From: a virus
DNA length: 64,000 bases
Reading direction: 5' to 3' (one strand)
Virus record (IMG/VR): IMGVR_UViG_3300008735_000002
Span: 32,001 to 96,000 of that record
Under the pieces are notes generated by a model. It worked only from the letters and a program-made list of their open reading frames with translations, did not search any database and was not told where the DNA came from. A program made the translations under genes and the position numbers. Shown here piece by piece: positions 44,484 through 55,166 of this stretch. Every line of letters begins with the position of its first letter. Within the stretch, counting starts at the first letter, position 1.

Positions 44484-44972
44484 TCAGTATTGAAGCACGC
44501 AATTATCAAAACGGATTGACAATGCAATTTCAGCAGGGTCTTCCGAGCCGTAATCCAAATCACCGAAACCGGCTGATGTGAGGAAACAACCCTTCATATC
44601 CCAGAGTTCTACCACGGTCCCTACGGGATCGAGAAGCTTTAACTGGCAGTCGCGCTTGTAAAAGTCAGCATAACCACCGCGACCTGATACAGACTCATAG
44701 TGGGTACGAACCCATTCCATGACCTGCTGTGCGCCCGAAGGAGCAATAGGATCGTGTAGTGTTACTGACAGAGCGTCGAACTTCGTCTTACCTGCAATAA
44801 AGCGGGTAGAGTTAATAAAGGGAATTTCAACCTCAGCGGTGTTCATTGTGGGACGAGCGGCCGTCTTGATCAAAAATGCGTCAATACCTTCGATTGCGAA
44901 CACCCATCTGAATTTTCTTTTGGGCTCAAACTTGTTCGGCAACATATCGGTAACTGATAGTGTTTCTGGCAT
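44484..44972 (-). CDS. Tail tube protein (gp19-like)
   Basis: FEPKRKFRW, IPFINSTR.IAGK, VTLHDPI.PS.AQ.VMEW, GY.DFYK.D and SIRFD.C.LQY; follows the sheath genes. Confidence 0.88.
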   Translation of the reverse strand: MPETLSVTDMLPNKFEPKRKFRWVFAIEGIDAFLIKTAARPTMNTAEVEIPFINSTRFIAGKTKFDALSVTLHDPIAPSGAQQVMEWVRTHYESVSGRGGYADFYKRDCQLKLLDPVGTVVELWDMKGCFLTSAGFGDLDYGSEDPAEIALSIRFDNCVLQY

Positions 44973-44996
44973 TTTATCTTACTCCTTGTTCTTATC

Positions 44997-45003
44997 TAAC
45001 TAT
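44997..45003 (-). promoter_or_regulatory. Candidate late-promoter motif ATAGTTA
   Basis: 25 nt upstream of the tail-tube ATG, before an AAGGAG RBS. Confidence 0.5.
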
Positions 45004-45015
45004 ATAGTTCTTGGA

Positions 45016-48000
45016 TTAAATGTCCATACCGGCGTTAGTTACCACAAAATCTAGTGATATAAACTCGACTGAACGAACAGGCTGTAAGAAGATCTTACCT
45101 CGTACCGTGTTATTTTCCACGTCAGCCTGGGTGGTTGTGGTTGCATCAATCTGCACCTTGAATCTTTCAAGACCCTGCTGCTGCTGAATTCTACCTAATA
45201 TTGGATTAACAGCAGCTGAGAATCTTGCTAGGGTAGCTTCTCTATTCGGCTCGAAGAGGAATGTGTTTCCAATCGCTCTTACCTGACGACGAATGTCGAT
45301 GAGTAGTCTTCGAACATTAACTCGGTCCAACGCGCTCTGCGCGGCGAGTAATGTTTTCTGGCCGAATACCATAACTTCCTTAGATTGTGGGAACGCTGTG
45401 ATAGGATTGATATCAGCATCATAAAGAGCGTCGAGGTTAGTCCTATTAAGCTTTACTTGACTTTCGGTAACATTCTTTAGTGCTCCTCGGGTGAAGCCAG
45501 CGGGGGCAAACCAAGGATACGCAACCTGATCATTGAGACCAAATGCCCCGAGAACCGCAACACTTGGGGGTGCAACAACAGTCTGTCCGGTTGCAACCTC
45601 TGTCATCAGTACATCAGGAAAGTACGCTGCTGCGAATGAAGAATCCAAGTTTCTACTCGTGAATGCAGTCACAGTATTTGTCACGCTAATCAGGTCGGAA
45701 GAACCAGTCACAATATTACCTAGATTATTCTGCGCTTCAATATCCATTAGATACATCGCATCAAAGCGATCCTCAACAGTCGTAATCGCGTAATCAGTAA
45801 CAGACGAATGACGGATACCTGGAATAGCAAGAAGCTGGATATTCACGTCTGAGCGCTCTTCAAGGATGTCTAGAGCCTTACGATACGCTGCAACTGTAGG
45901 TCCATTTGTCTCGCCCTGGTTGGAATCGTCCATCTCTCTCTTGCAGGCAGTTGAAGACATTGTTGCCTTTTCTTTATCGAGGATATTCAACCCATCGAAA
46001 CCGCCCTGAGCGATAAACGTATATTTCAAGAATCTTCTTGCTGAGGATAGACCGAAGTCCTTCGATACAGAAAGCAACCTTGTAGAAGACGAAGAGCTTC
46101 CGTCAATATCATTCATCGTGCTGGCGGCCACACCCGTTCTCTTGTAGGTAGCAGCTGCCCACTGATTCGCATCAGCTTGGTCAGACGTGGTGGTAATAAC
46201 CTGGATATTCTCTAAGGTAAACTTATTGTTGTTGAATCTATCAGAGTCAAGAATGGTGCCACCGCTATCAGCTGTTCCAGCATTGTCTCCGACCATCGCA
46301 GGACGATAAGTCTGGTGATAGTTGGGGAAGTACTTCGAGAATGAATCCATCTGAGCATCGTTCACTGTACTCTCATTCGGAGTTGCGACGCGCATCTTCT
46401 TTTCAAACTGAACTCCCCAGTAAAGATTACCAGCCAGTTTCTTCTTAGGTGCTTCACCCTTAGAAACGCTAGCACGGAATGGAACAGGGGGCTGCACAAT
46501 ACCAAGCGAAGGATATGATCCAATTCCTACCGCGAAGTCCGCAGAGTCTACCTTGAAGATTGCAGAAGCCGATGTGACCAAGTGTTGAATTCCACGGAAA
46601 CCGCATGGGAGAGCAGTCGCTGGAATCTGTCCCTTATCAAGAGCATCAACTGGATCGATTCGGATGTAGTTAGACTTATTGGGGTATGATCCCTCAACAA
46701 CGAGCTTCTGTGAACCGGCACGCTTGTCGAAATCGTAGAAAAGATAATAATCACCGATCACTCTAGCGACATACCTCTCATCTAGAGGATTAAGAGAAAG
46801 CTTGGGGAACTTCTCAATAACTTGTGGAAGGTCGTCTGTGTCGTTATAGTCACGTACAAGTAGATCGAACGTTCCAAATTTGTTGTTAATGTTGGTAGAC
46901 TTGACGATATTCTCAATAGAGATCTTAATTCTCTTATTTCCTATCGCACCATCATCAAGGCAGTGCACAGAAAATAGGTCCTTCGGCTTACCACCGAACG
47001 CTTGAGATATAACCTTCGGAGTCTTAGCAGTCCGGAAACGATCACTAAACCCTTCAAAGTCAGGGATCGTTGCAGACCCAGCTCCACGTCCTGCTGACGA
47101 AGTTACGAGGAATGCGATATCTTCATACTTTATACTCTTCCCAGCAATAGTTCCATTAACGGTGGGGTTGTAATTGTAGGACATTAGCGCCGAACCTGTC
47201 GGGACTGCCATGTTGGGGAAGATGTCGTAGTGAGCGTATAGAAGGTGACCAGCTTTCTGGGATAACGTCGGATCAGTATTTAATACGTTCGCAAAATAGT
47301 TGGGGGCAAGAGGATCAAAAGACGCAGTTATTACTGTAGGATATGAATCAGTGTGAGTATGACCATTTAATAGAAGCACAAACTCCTGCTTTCCACCAGC
47401 GATATCAACAGCACCCAGAGTTGAACCCGCATCGTCTCCTGCCGCGGAACCGAATGATTCTCTGCAAGCGTAATTAAGAGCCGTAGGAGATCCAAGCGGA
47501 GTGTTATTACCACTGAAATTTCCGCCGCCATGAAAACCAGTTGTTGTCGCTCTTGAAGCGCTTAACGCTGGTAGTACTCCAGAAGGAGCCATAAGGACCC
47601 CTCGAAGGACGGGTTGTGATGCCTTAAGACCAGCGTTTGTGAAGAGGCCCGAACTGTTCTGTTCTGCCATACAAACCGCGAGGAACGAAGTTCTTCCCAA
47701 GCCGCCGTTCTGCGTCGCCGCTGGTGCTGTTCCAGCAAAAGCATTTTGTCCAAGGATTCCATTCGCCTTTGGCAGCTGCTGACCGACGGTGAAGCCGGCA
47801 TTAGTAACAGAACCGTTTGTATTACGCTTCTTACCGTCACCGATACCAAGCGTACGCAAGTAGGTTCCAGCCTGAGCATATGTCAGCCATTGCCTCATAG
47901 CCATCGGCCCAAATTTTGTACCGTCTGTATTGCCGAATTCAGCAATAAAATCGGCAAAAGTTGCCATTGTAATCGGAACGAAAGCACGTCCCTGATCAGC

Positions 48001-48108
48001 CATGCCAATGACTCCGGCAGGTGTTCCCGAGGGTCCCACTGATGTTGGACCGGAAAGGTCTATTTCTCTGGTAGAAACGCCCGGGCTCTTAAATGTAAGT
48101 TCAGCCAT
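45016..48108 (-). CDS. Tail sheath protein, paralogue 2
   Basis: N-terminal FKSPGVSTREID; C-terminal PWFAPAGFTRG, INPI, GQKT, DRVNVRRLL, FEPN and EFISLDF. Confidence 0.92.
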   Translation of the reverse strand: MAELTFKSPGVSTREIDLSGPTSVGPSGTPAGVIGMADQGRAFVPITMATFADFIAEFGNTDGTKFGPMAMRQWLTYAQAGTYLRTLGIGDGKKRNTNGSVTNAGFTVGQQLPKANGILGQNAFAGTAPAATQNGGLGRTSFLAVCMAEQNSSGLFTNAGLKASQPVLRGVLMAPSGVLPALSASRATTTGFHGGGNFSGNNTPLGSPTALNYACRESFGSAAGDDAGSTLGAVDIAGGKQEFVLLLNGHTHTDSYPTVITASFDPLAPNYFANVLNTDPTLSQKAGHLLYAHYDIFPNMAVPTGSALMSYNYNPTVNGTIAGKSIKYEDIAFLVTSSAGRGAGSATIPDFEGFSDRFRTAKTPKVISQAFGGKPKDLFSVHCLDDGAIGNKRIKISIENIVKSTNINNKFGTFDLLVRDYNDTDDLPQVIEKFPKLSLNPLDERYVARVIGDYYLFYDFDKRAGSQKLVVEGSYPNKSNYIRIDPVDALDKGQIPATALPCGFRGIQHLVTSASAIFKVDSADFAVGIGSYPSLGIVQPPVPFRASVSKGEAPKKKLAGNLYWGVQFEKKMRVATPNESTVNDAQMDSFSKYFPNYHQTYRPAMVGDNAGTADSGGTILDSDRFNNNKFTLENIQVITTTSDQADANQWAAATYKRTGVAASTMNDIDGSSSSSTRLLSVSKDFGLSSARRFLKYTFIAQGGFDGLNILDKEKATMSSTACKREMDDSNQGETNGPTVAAYRKALDILEERSDVNIQLLAIPGIRHSSVTDYAITTVEDRFDAMYLMDIEAQNNLGNIVTGSSDLISVTNTVTAFTSRNLDSSFAAAYFPDVLMTEVATGQTVVAPPSVAVLGAFGLNDQVAYPWFAPAGFTRGALKNVTESQVKLNRTNLDALYDADINPITAFPQSKEVMVFGQKTLLAAQSALDRVNVRRLLIDIRRQVRAIGNTFLFEPNREATLARFSAAVNPILGRIQQQQGLERFKVQIDATTTTQADVENNTVRGKIFLQPVRSVEFISLDFVVTNAGMDI

Positions 48109-48135
48109 TTGAAATAATCTCCTGTATTCTTTTCC

Positions 48136-48142
48136 TAACTAT
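48136..48142 (-). promoter_or_regulatory. Candidate late-promoter motif ATAGTTA
   Basis: 28 nt upstream of the sheath-2 ATG. Confidence 0.5.
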
Positions 48143-48143
48143 A

Positions 48144-51100
48144 TTAGTCAAACGATACGCCGCTGTTTGTTATGATAAAATCAATCGCAATAAATTCGAT
48201 TGCTCTTGTCGGTACGACGACGATGCGACCATTCAAGCGATTGTTCTCAACATCTTCCACTGAATTATTTGAACCATCCATGACCACCTGGAAGGATTCA
48301 ATCCCTTGTTGTGATTGGATCGTGGCAAGTAGCGGAGTAACTTGATTGATAAAACGTGCCCTTGTAGCATCTGTGTTGGGCTCAAACAATAATCTGTCTG
48401 CAACGCCCACAACTTGTCTCTTGACTTCAAGTAGCATTCTTCTAACATTCACTCTGTCAAGAGCAGACTTCGCCATTTGACATGTCTTCTGACCAAAGAT
48501 AACGAAGCTTCCATCCGAGAAGTTAGCAATCGGATTAATTCGTGCATCATAAAGATCATCTCTGTCAGCCGCTGAAAGTCTTACCTCAGTATTACTTACA
48601 ATCCCTAGACCGCCTCGATTGAAGCCGGCGGGTGCGAACCATGGATAAGCTACCTTATCGTTATATCCAAGCGCCTGCATAACCGCGACGGAAGCGGGAA
48701 CCTGAACCTTCGAGCTTGTATTAGAGTCTGTAATAAAGACGTCAGGGAAGTATGTCGCAGTGTAGTTGTTGTCGAACACTCTGCTCTCGAACTGTTCTGC
48801 TGTTTCTCTAACATCAGGTACAGAGTAAGACGCGCTAGCGATCAATGAACTATCTTCCATACCGAAGAGGCGTGTTTCGCTCTCTGTCCATGCAGGAATA
48901 TCCATAACATACATCGCCATAGAATAGTCTCTAGTCTTCTCAGCCGCCCAATCTGTAACGAATGAATCTCTGATTCCAGGAATCGCAAGAATATTAATTC
49001 TAGTAGTCGTAGCGTCCGTCATAATCTCGGCAGCTTTACGATATGCAGCGATGCTATTGTTAAGTCGACCATCACCAGCTGGGTTAGATGCCATTCCGAT
49101 TGTAGAGGCCTTGAACTCATCAGAAGCCTTTCCAGTAAGACCACCAGAGCTAGCGTCGGTGGAGCTGGCCCTATCTGTCATATAGTACATGTCTTTATCA
49201 AGAATATTCACACCATCAAATCCGCCGTAGAACGGAACGTTGAACGCAGTATACGAAGTAAACCTGTTGAACTTAACCGAGCTAGACTGAATTAGGGTCG
49301 CAAGTGAAACGCGATAGTAATTCGACTTATCAGGATCTAGAATAGAATAATTCTGAGAATCGGGAACAGCTTCTCTTAAGTAGCAAGCTTCCTTGATGCT
49401 ATCGGTAGCAGAAGCAGTTATATATTGGAGAAGTGTTGCGGCATTAGAGCCAATCTCTGCCAGAGCAACTCTTGCGAGCGTGAACTTATTACCATTGAAC
49501 GCATCGGCCCCAGAACCAGAAACCAACGTATCCAACTTCATGATGCCCTGGAACTTACCGTATGACTTAATCAACGGGTTAGGGATCGACGAAGCGTTAA
49601 CATCAAGATTAGCATTAGTCATGCTTCCAGTCTCTGGACATCTAGACCACTTAACACCCCAGTTCAATCGTTTATCAACAATTTCCGTAGAGCTGGGGTC
49701 GCCACTGAACCCAGAGTAATTGTTCTTTACAGCTCCACGTGTAAGCTTAAAGCGATACGGCAGTGGAGGAACAATCGATCCCGTTAATGGGGAGCGAACC
49801 CCGTCACCCCAAAGTCGTCCAGGGTTGGGGTCAGCAGCAGAGGCGTCTGTTGTTTTTGTGTTACCATATATGACGCCATTAACCTCAAGTCGAGAAAGAC
49901 CATCAGTCAAGGTATCATTTGTCTTAATAACTGGTACACCATTGAAGCCGAAAGGACATGCGTTCTTTGGAACATCACGCTTGTAGACCTTATCAGCGAT
50001 CACAACTCTAACGAAGTTTGAAAGATTGGGATAACGACCTGTTACGACAATTCTCTTTTCAGCGTCATTATCAGCGTCAAAGTTATAACGAGCTTTGTAA
50101 TCGCCAATTTTTCTTGCAACGAAGTTCTCGGATGAAGGATCAAGATTACACGCGGGATACGTCTCTAAAACCTGAGGCTGTAAGTCGGAATCATCAAATC
50201 TTCGTACCTGGACTTCAAACTCAGGATAAGGATAATTGTCATTCGTGGAAGCCCGCAGGTTACCAATGGTGATCTTTACCTTATCATTTCCATATGTTCC
50301 ATCGGAAAGAGACTCAAAGTACATAAGAGCGTATTCTTGCCCACCGTAAGGCTGCGAGAATATCTGGGGTGTTCGTGCTGTGGCGTATCTCGTGTCAAAG
50401 CGGCCGAATGAAGATAGTGCATATCTATCGGCGCCGGCTAGCGCATTCGCCAGATTAGAGGTAGAACCAGAAAGTAATCCAACGGGATACACATCCGGAC
50501 TTGAACTTTGATCGATACTAGCTAGCTCATCTTCAACAGCAAAGTCAAGATACAGCAGATGCTGGTGCTCATAAAACTTAAGGGGATCGGTATTCAGGAC
50601 ATTTGTAATATACGCTTCATCAGAAGGATCAAGCGATGCTGTCATGATTCGAACACCAGGAAGACTATTAATTTCGTTTGTGTAAGCTCCGCCTCGTGAG
50701 GAAGAAACGACCAGCCCAAAATACTTGTTGTTCGTAGATCTCTGAACTCTGGCAAGAGAATCAAGCGTGTTAGACCAGGCCTCTGCTGTATTCGAAGTAT
50801 TCGGTACATCCATAATCTGCATCCGGCTACCAGACGCGGTGAACATGACTGCTCGAACAAGGTTTACTGTGTCTCCACCGCTCGAATTGAATGATGGGTT
50901 ATCCACGAACTGTGGGAAGGAATAGTCAGCTGATGCTGATACGTAGTGCCTCGCAACAAGGAATTGGACACAACTATCTGAATATTGTCCGTCTGTAACT
51001 GCTCCAAGTTTGTCAATGTTCCATTGAGAAAGCTTGGGTGCTATCTTAAACCCTGCGTTCTTTACTGTTCCATACTTGAGGGTATTGTTAAGATCGGTAG

Positions 51101-51380
51101 TTGTTTCATTAGCGCCAGCGCCCAACACTCTCATGTATGTTAGGGCAGTCTTGTTGCTCAAGAAAGCCTGGACTGCGTATGGACCGAATCTGTTCGTATC
51201 AATATCACCAAACTTGTTAATGAAGTCAGTCATGCTCCCTACCGTTACTGGTACGAAGGCAGGACCTTTTTCTGCTGTACCAACAACACCTGCTGGTACA
51301 CCTACTATTTCGGTTGTTCTCGCTGTAGCGTCAATTTCACGCTCGAAAAAACCTGGGGATCTAAATGTTTGCTCTGCCAT
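48144..51380 (-). CDS. Tail sheath protein, paralogue 1
   Basis: Start at 51380 (AGGAG RBS; MAEQTFRSPGFFEREID); C-terminal PWFAPAGFNRG, GQKT, DRVNVRRML and EFIAIDF. Confidence 0.92.
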   Translation of the reverse strand: MAEQTFRSPGFFEREIDATARTTEIVGVPAGVVGTAEKGPAFVPVTVGSMTDFINKFGDIDTNRFGPYAVQAFLSNKTALTYMRVLGAGANETTTDLNNTLKYGTVKNAGFKIAPKLSQWNIDKLGAVTDGQYSDSCVQFLVARHYVSASADYSFPQFVDNPSFNSSGGDTVNLVRAVMFTASGSRMQIMDVPNTSNTAEAWSNTLDSLARVQRSTNNKYFGLVVSSSRGGAYTNEINSLPGVRIMTASLDPSDEAYITNVLNTDPLKFYEHQHLLYLDFAVEDELASIDQSSSPDVYPVGLLSGSTSNLANALAGADRYALSSFGRFDTRYATARTPQIFSQPYGGQEYALMYFESLSDGTYGNDKVKITIGNLRASTNDNYPYPEFEVQVRRFDDSDLQPQVLETYPACNLDPSSENFVARKIGDYKARYNFDADNDAEKRIVVTGRYPNLSNFVRVVIADKVYKRDVPKNACPFGFNGVPVIKTNDTLTDGLSRLEVNGVIYGNTKTTDASAADPNPGRLWGDGVRSPLTGSIVPPLPYRFKLTRGAVKNNYSGFSGDPSSTEIVDKRLNWGVKWSRCPETGSMTNANLDVNASSIPNPLIKSYGKFQGIMKLDTLVSGSGADAFNGNKFTLARVALAEIGSNAATLLQYITASATDSIKEACYLREAVPDSQNYSILDPDKSNYYRVSLATLIQSSSVKFNRFTSYTAFNVPFYGGFDGVNILDKDMYYMTDRASSTDASSGGLTGKASDEFKASTIGMASNPAGDGRLNNSIAAYRKAAEIMTDATTTRINILAIPGIRDSFVTDWAAEKTRDYSMAMYVMDIPAWTESETRLFGMEDSSLIASASYSVPDVRETAEQFESRVFDNNYTATYFPDVFITDSNTSSKVQVPASVAVMQALGYNDKVAYPWFAPAGFNRGGLGIVSNTEVRLSAADRDDLYDARINPIANFSDGSFVIFGQKTCQMAKSALDRVNVRRMLLEVKRQVVGVADRLLFEPNTDATRARFINQVTPLLATIQSQQGIESFQVVMDGSNNSVEDVENNRLNGRIVVVPTRAIEFIAIDFIITNSGVSFD

Positions 51381-51413
51381 GAGTTGGGTCTCCTGGATCT
51401 TCTTTGTCACAAA

Positions 51414-51420
51414 TAACTAT
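51414..51420 (-). promoter_or_regulatory. Candidate late-promoter motif ATAGTTA
   Basis: 34 nt upstream of the sheath-1 ATG. Confidence 0.5.
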
Positions 51421-51454
51421 TTCGTACGATGCCTAAATGTCTTATATCGACCTA

Positions 51455-52777
51455 TCAATCTTTAAGGAGTTTTCCAAGATCAATAGCAATGCCACTTGGG
51501 GACTTCTTACTAAACTTAAAAACAGCCTCTCCGTTCTTCGGGTCTGCACTAGAAATTATAATTTCGATGTGCTCCTTCTCCCCTGTAAAAGGGTTGATAT
51601 TTGTAATTATAGTCGTCGGACGCGTTAAACTCGTTGAGCCAGCAATATTGGCTGCAGACTGTCCTCCGATCTCTAATGTGGGAGTACCTGGAAAGCCAGT
51701 AATTATTCCGGTTCCTACGCCAATTCCCGCTGGGGGCACTCCCTCATCTAAAGGCATGATGTCTGTTAAAATCCAGTCAGCAGGGTTTCCGGAAGGAATT
51801 CCAGCGGGTGGGGGACCAGTAGGAACACCACCGATGGTTTGAGAAGCGTCGAACGAAACGTCTGGAGACGAAACGGTTCGCCTGAATGGCACGGGCATGC
51901 CGGGCTCTTGGGCAGCCACCATATAAGCAGCAACGCTCATCGAGAAGCTATACTTGACTAATCTTTCTACGTCTGTAAAATCATCAAAATTATTCTGCGG
52001 TGTTAACGCGGCGTCGACAAATGCAGTAAATCGATAGCCGTCTTCAGTCTCAATCACGAATGTTCTTCTTCTATTTTCGACATATCCGTTCATCATTACA
52101 TTAATGAGAGAATTCATTTCTTGCGTGTACTGTGTCCAGAAAGTTATTTCATATGATGCCGTGTATTGCTTGATCGGTGGAATTTGAATGGTTTCGATTA
52201 GGTTACTTGATATTGACGGCGTTAATACAGTCCCAAGACGACTAGATACAGAAACAGGTGGAGCTGCTCTTCTTGTAGCCAGGCGGCCGCCTGTAGTTCC
52301 GCCACCGTCTCCATCAGCAAGTTTATCGTATGCACTAATAACTATTTCATCCGAATTCTTAAATAGATGATTATTTTTAAGACGCTGATATCTTAAATCG
52401 TCTTTGCTTAACCTAACTTTTACTGTTATCGGTCCACCCTGAAATTGTGCGGCTCCCTTTGCACTTTCTTGATCGATACCAGTTCTAATCACAGATATGA
52501 GTGGTAGTATCAATGCACCAGCCTTATCTCTAAGGGGCCTATTTCTAGCTAATAACGCAAAACGTTCACCTGTTGCGAAAATAACTGGAACTCGTTTAAG
52601 CTGGTCTTTGCGCTTATAAAATAATGGAAGCTCTTTATTGAAGAGATTAAAAACTCCTCTATCTACATCTTCGATCGTACATGACGGCATAAAGAAATCA
52701 TCGGCAACATCCTCATTCGTGTAGCCAGTTTCAACTCTCTCGTACGCACCCTTGGTTATAGAATATCGTGTTGCCAT
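51455..52777 (-). CDS. Tail completion/terminator protein (gp15-like) with a Pro/Gly-rich C-terminus
   Basis: Position after the neck genes; VPVIFATGERF..., LPLISVIRTGI and YEITFWT.Y.QEMN.L. Confidence 0.6.
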   Translation of the reverse strand: MATRYSITKGAYERVETGYTNEDVADDFFMPSCTIEDVDRGVFNLFNKELPLFYKRKDQLKRVPVIFATGERFALLARNRPLRDKAGALILPLISVIRTGIDQESAKGAAQFQGGPITVKVRLSKDDLRYQRLKNNHLFKNSDEIVISAYDKLADGDGGGTTGGRLATRRAAPPVSVSSRLGTVLTPSISSNLIETIQIPPIKQYTASYEITFWTQYTQEMNSLINVMMNGYVENRRRTFVIETEDGYRFTAFVDAALTPQNNFDDFTDVERLVKYSFSMSVAAYMVAAQEPGMPVPFRRTVSSPDVSFDASQTIGGVPTGPPPAGIPSGNPADWILTDIMPLDEGVPPAGIGVGTGIITGFPGTPTLEIGGQSAANIAGSTSLTRPTTIITNINPFTGEKEHIEIIISSADPKNGEAVFKFSKKSPSGIAIDLGKLLKD

Positions 52778-52778
52778 A

Positions 52779-53453
52779 TTAACTCTCGTCGTAGAATGAA
52801 GAACTTATTTCACCGGGGGATCCCTCTGGAGAAACCTCAGCCGGTGCCGGTTCGGGTGGTAATTGGAGTTTTCCCTGCTCAATCAAAGCCCTGGTGTCTC
52901 CTGTCGCTTCTCCATCAATTTCAGCGAAGCCCCTCTGCTGAATAAACGTTCTCTGAATCGCATCTGGATCTCCAGGATAATATCCCTCATCTGTCGGGCC
53001 GTGTGGTTCCTTATCAATAAGACCTTTTCTGGCTTGCTTCCCAAGCAGCTTCACCCCAGTCATATATTCAATCTCGCCATAAATATTGGACTGCCATGTG
53101 ATTGAAGTAATTTCGAAGAATGTTTCACCGTATGAAAAATAATCACCCTCCTGAACATCAATGTCTTTGTCGATCAAATCTTTGTAGTGCAGATATGCTT
53201 CTGTTGTATAAAGATTTTCACTCCCAAATCGACCGGTTGATACTGCTTGGGGTTCCCAAGCTACCTGCGCGTCAATCTCGATCGGTGGATTGAAATATTT
53301 GTCTACTGCTTCTTCGTATATATCGTGAATCTTAGTAACGTCGGTGCGAATAGAGTAGTAGTATATCTTTTGACCGACAACGTCTTTTATCAGCTCTTTT
53401 GTAATATCTGATATCAGGTCTTGCTCTCGAGGAGTTATGAAAAGTCGTGCCAT
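52779..53453 (-). CDS. Neck / head-closure protein (gp14-like)
   Basis: Synteny; GQKIYYY, IYEEAVDK.F..PIEI.A.V and D.DV.EGD.F.YG..FFEI. Confidence 0.65.
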   Translation of the reverse strand: MARLFITPREQDLISDITKELIKDVVGQKIYYYSIRTDVTKIHDIYEEAVDKYFNPPIEIDAQVAWEPQAVSTGRFGSENLYTTEAYLHYKDLIDKDIDVQEGDYFSYGETFFEITSITWQSNIYGEIEYMTGVKLLGKQARKGLIDKEPHGPTDEGYYPGDPDAIQRTFIQQRGFAEIDGEATGDTRALIEQGKLQLPPEPAPAEVSPEGSPGEISSSFYDES

Positions 53454-53463
53454 CTTATACTAC

Positions 53464-54636
53464 TCACTTTATGATTATTGATTTGCCTAGCGGCATCGGC
53501 ATGTGCTTTAACGCCCTCATGATATTTTCTGCGTCTGTTGCTTGACCCTCAAGCAATGCGCTGTATGTTAAACTATCTAACAGCTCAACCAACTGGTCTC
53601 TTAAACGTGTCTGGTCTTCTCTTCCCTGTGACACCAAATCTGAGCCATTTAACTGCAGATCGCCAGACGGGATAGGGACCGTAGCAAACTTTGAACGGAC
53701 TGCGCCCAATAATTCTGTACATAATGCAAGACAGTACTGACGAATCCATTGTCTGCCAACAGAATTTGTTTTGCTATATTTCATGCGACCGAACGGAACA
53801 TTCGACAAATTAGAGACGCCATAAATCGTGTCATCTTTAATGTCTGGGTCGTACGGGTCGGGAGCAAACGCAACTCGTATCCATAATTTCATCGCGCTAG
53901 AACCAGTTGTTTGAGTTGGCATTGGATAAATACGAATATTCTCACCAATCACTCGATAAGAATAATTCGATTTCCTAACACGATTAGAAATGTCCATTTG
54001 ACCAGCTCTTAAAACATCTTCGAAAACCGGAAGAACGTAAAAAATAGTCTCTGGTGTAAAAGACTCAAAGCTAAATTCGTTATTAAGATAATTGACAGCT
54101 GATGTGGTATCAAAAAACCTATACGCAGCTTGCGGACTGAAGTGAAATACTTCTTTAATCCTCATCTTCGTTCGGGGAGAATTTTTACTGCTTGAGACGA
54201 TAAGATTCCCAGCAGAGTCTTTCAGACTATTGTAGATGTTGTAGTCTTGCTTCTTATATGCAAGCTGAATCGAGCCGGAAACCTCGTTATAAGAACCTCC
54301 AATACCAGCCTCCATAGAATAAGGTTCTGCCATTCGGAGCAAAAATTCAAGATTCTGCTTGGGGAAAAGGCCGGTCTTGTTACTTCCGGTGGCGTACCCT
54401 AAAAGATTGCTTAATTGAGATTTAGCGTCTGCTTGATTGATTATGCGACCGTATTCTAGGAATGACTCTTCTAGACAAGCCCACATCTGTTTCTTTGTCA
54501 ACTCAACGCTTAGAATATCATCACCTAATTTCCTCTTAACAAAGGAAACTACAGCATCAGCTTCTTGCTGAAAATCTGTATCAGTATCGAAGAAACTAAA
54601 CGGAGTTGGATTTTTGGTATAAGCAAAAGAAGACAT
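53464..54636 (-). CDS. Neck / head-tail adaptor protein (gp13-like)
   Basis: KRKLG..I..VEL...Q...CLEE, WIRQY.LAL..E.LG.VRSKF..VP.P.G...LNG..L. Confidence 0.75.
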   Translation of the reverse strand: MSSFAYTKNPTPFSFFDTDTDFQQEADAVVSFVKRKLGDDILSVELTKKQMWACLEESFLEYGRIINQADAKSQLSNLLGYATGSNKTGLFPKQNLEFLLRMAEPYSMEAGIGGSYNEVSGSIQLAYKKQDYNIYNSLKDSAGNLIVSSSKNSPRTKMRIKEVFHFSPQAAYRFFDTTSAVNYLNNEFSFESFTPETIFYVLPVFEDVLRAGQMDISNRVRKSNYSYRVIGENIRIYPMPTQTTGSSAMKLWIRVAFAPDPYDPDIKDDTIYGVSNLSNVPFGRMKYSKTNSVGRQWIRQYCLALCTELLGAVRSKFATVPIPSGDLQLNGSDLVSQGREDQTRLRDQLVELLDSLTYSALLEGQATDAENIMRALKHMPMPLGKSIIIK

Positions 54637-54651
54637 ATCACACCCTAATGA

Positions 54652-54658
54652 TAACTAT
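54652..54658 (-). promoter_or_regulatory. Candidate late-promoter motif ATAGTTA
   Basis: 16 nt upstream of the neck-gene ATG. Confidence 0.45.
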
Positions 54659-54712
54659 TAAGTAGGGCGTGAAATGTCTTTCTTAACTTTCTTGAAAAAG
54701 TTGGCTTCTTAC

Positions 54713-55066
54713 TTAGAAGATGCCAAAGTCTTCCAGGGGTCCTTCACCCCACAGCCGCTTAAATAAAGCAACCATTTTATCAGATCTTCTTGTCTGCGTC
54801 TCGATATGACCAGCCAAAAGAGCCATGCTCTCATCTGCTGTCTCACATCCTGCGACCATCTGTGATAACGTGGGCGGACCGGGATCGGGTTCATCAGCAG
54901 CGGACATTTCAGCCAGCTGCCCTTTCAGCGCTGCGATTTCTTTTTGTGCCGCGGCGAGTTCAGCTGCTGATGCGCCTGTCTCTGTCGCTGGGGCTGTCTC
55001 TGTCGCAGGTGCCTTTGCTGGGGTTTTCTTTGTACTAGTACTTGTCTTTGTTGTTGATGCTGCCAT
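54713..55066 (-). CDS. Small hypothetical protein with a Thr/Lys/Ala/Pro low-complexity N-terminus and a coiled coil
   Basis: GGAGG RBS; duplicated APATET; 117 aa. Confidence 0.65.
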   Translation of the reverse strand: MAASTTKTSTSTKKTPAKAPATETAPATETGASAAELAAAQKEIAALKGQLAEMSAADEPDPGPPTLSQMVAGCETADESMALLAGHIETQTRRSDKMVALFKRLWGEGPLEDFGIF

Positions 55067-55117
55067 TGTTGGGGCCTCCTATCTACTCGCTTAATTTAAT
55101 AAGGCAGAGTCAGAAGT

Positions 55118-55148
55118 AAAAAAATGCCGCCCAAAGGACGGCATTTTT
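55118..55148 (-). terminator. Rho-independent terminator
   Basis: AAAAATGCCGTCC-TTT-GGGCGGCATTTTT with a G-U pair, followed by T's. Confidence 0.78.
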
Positions 55149-55166
55149 AGAATATAGATCTACGTA

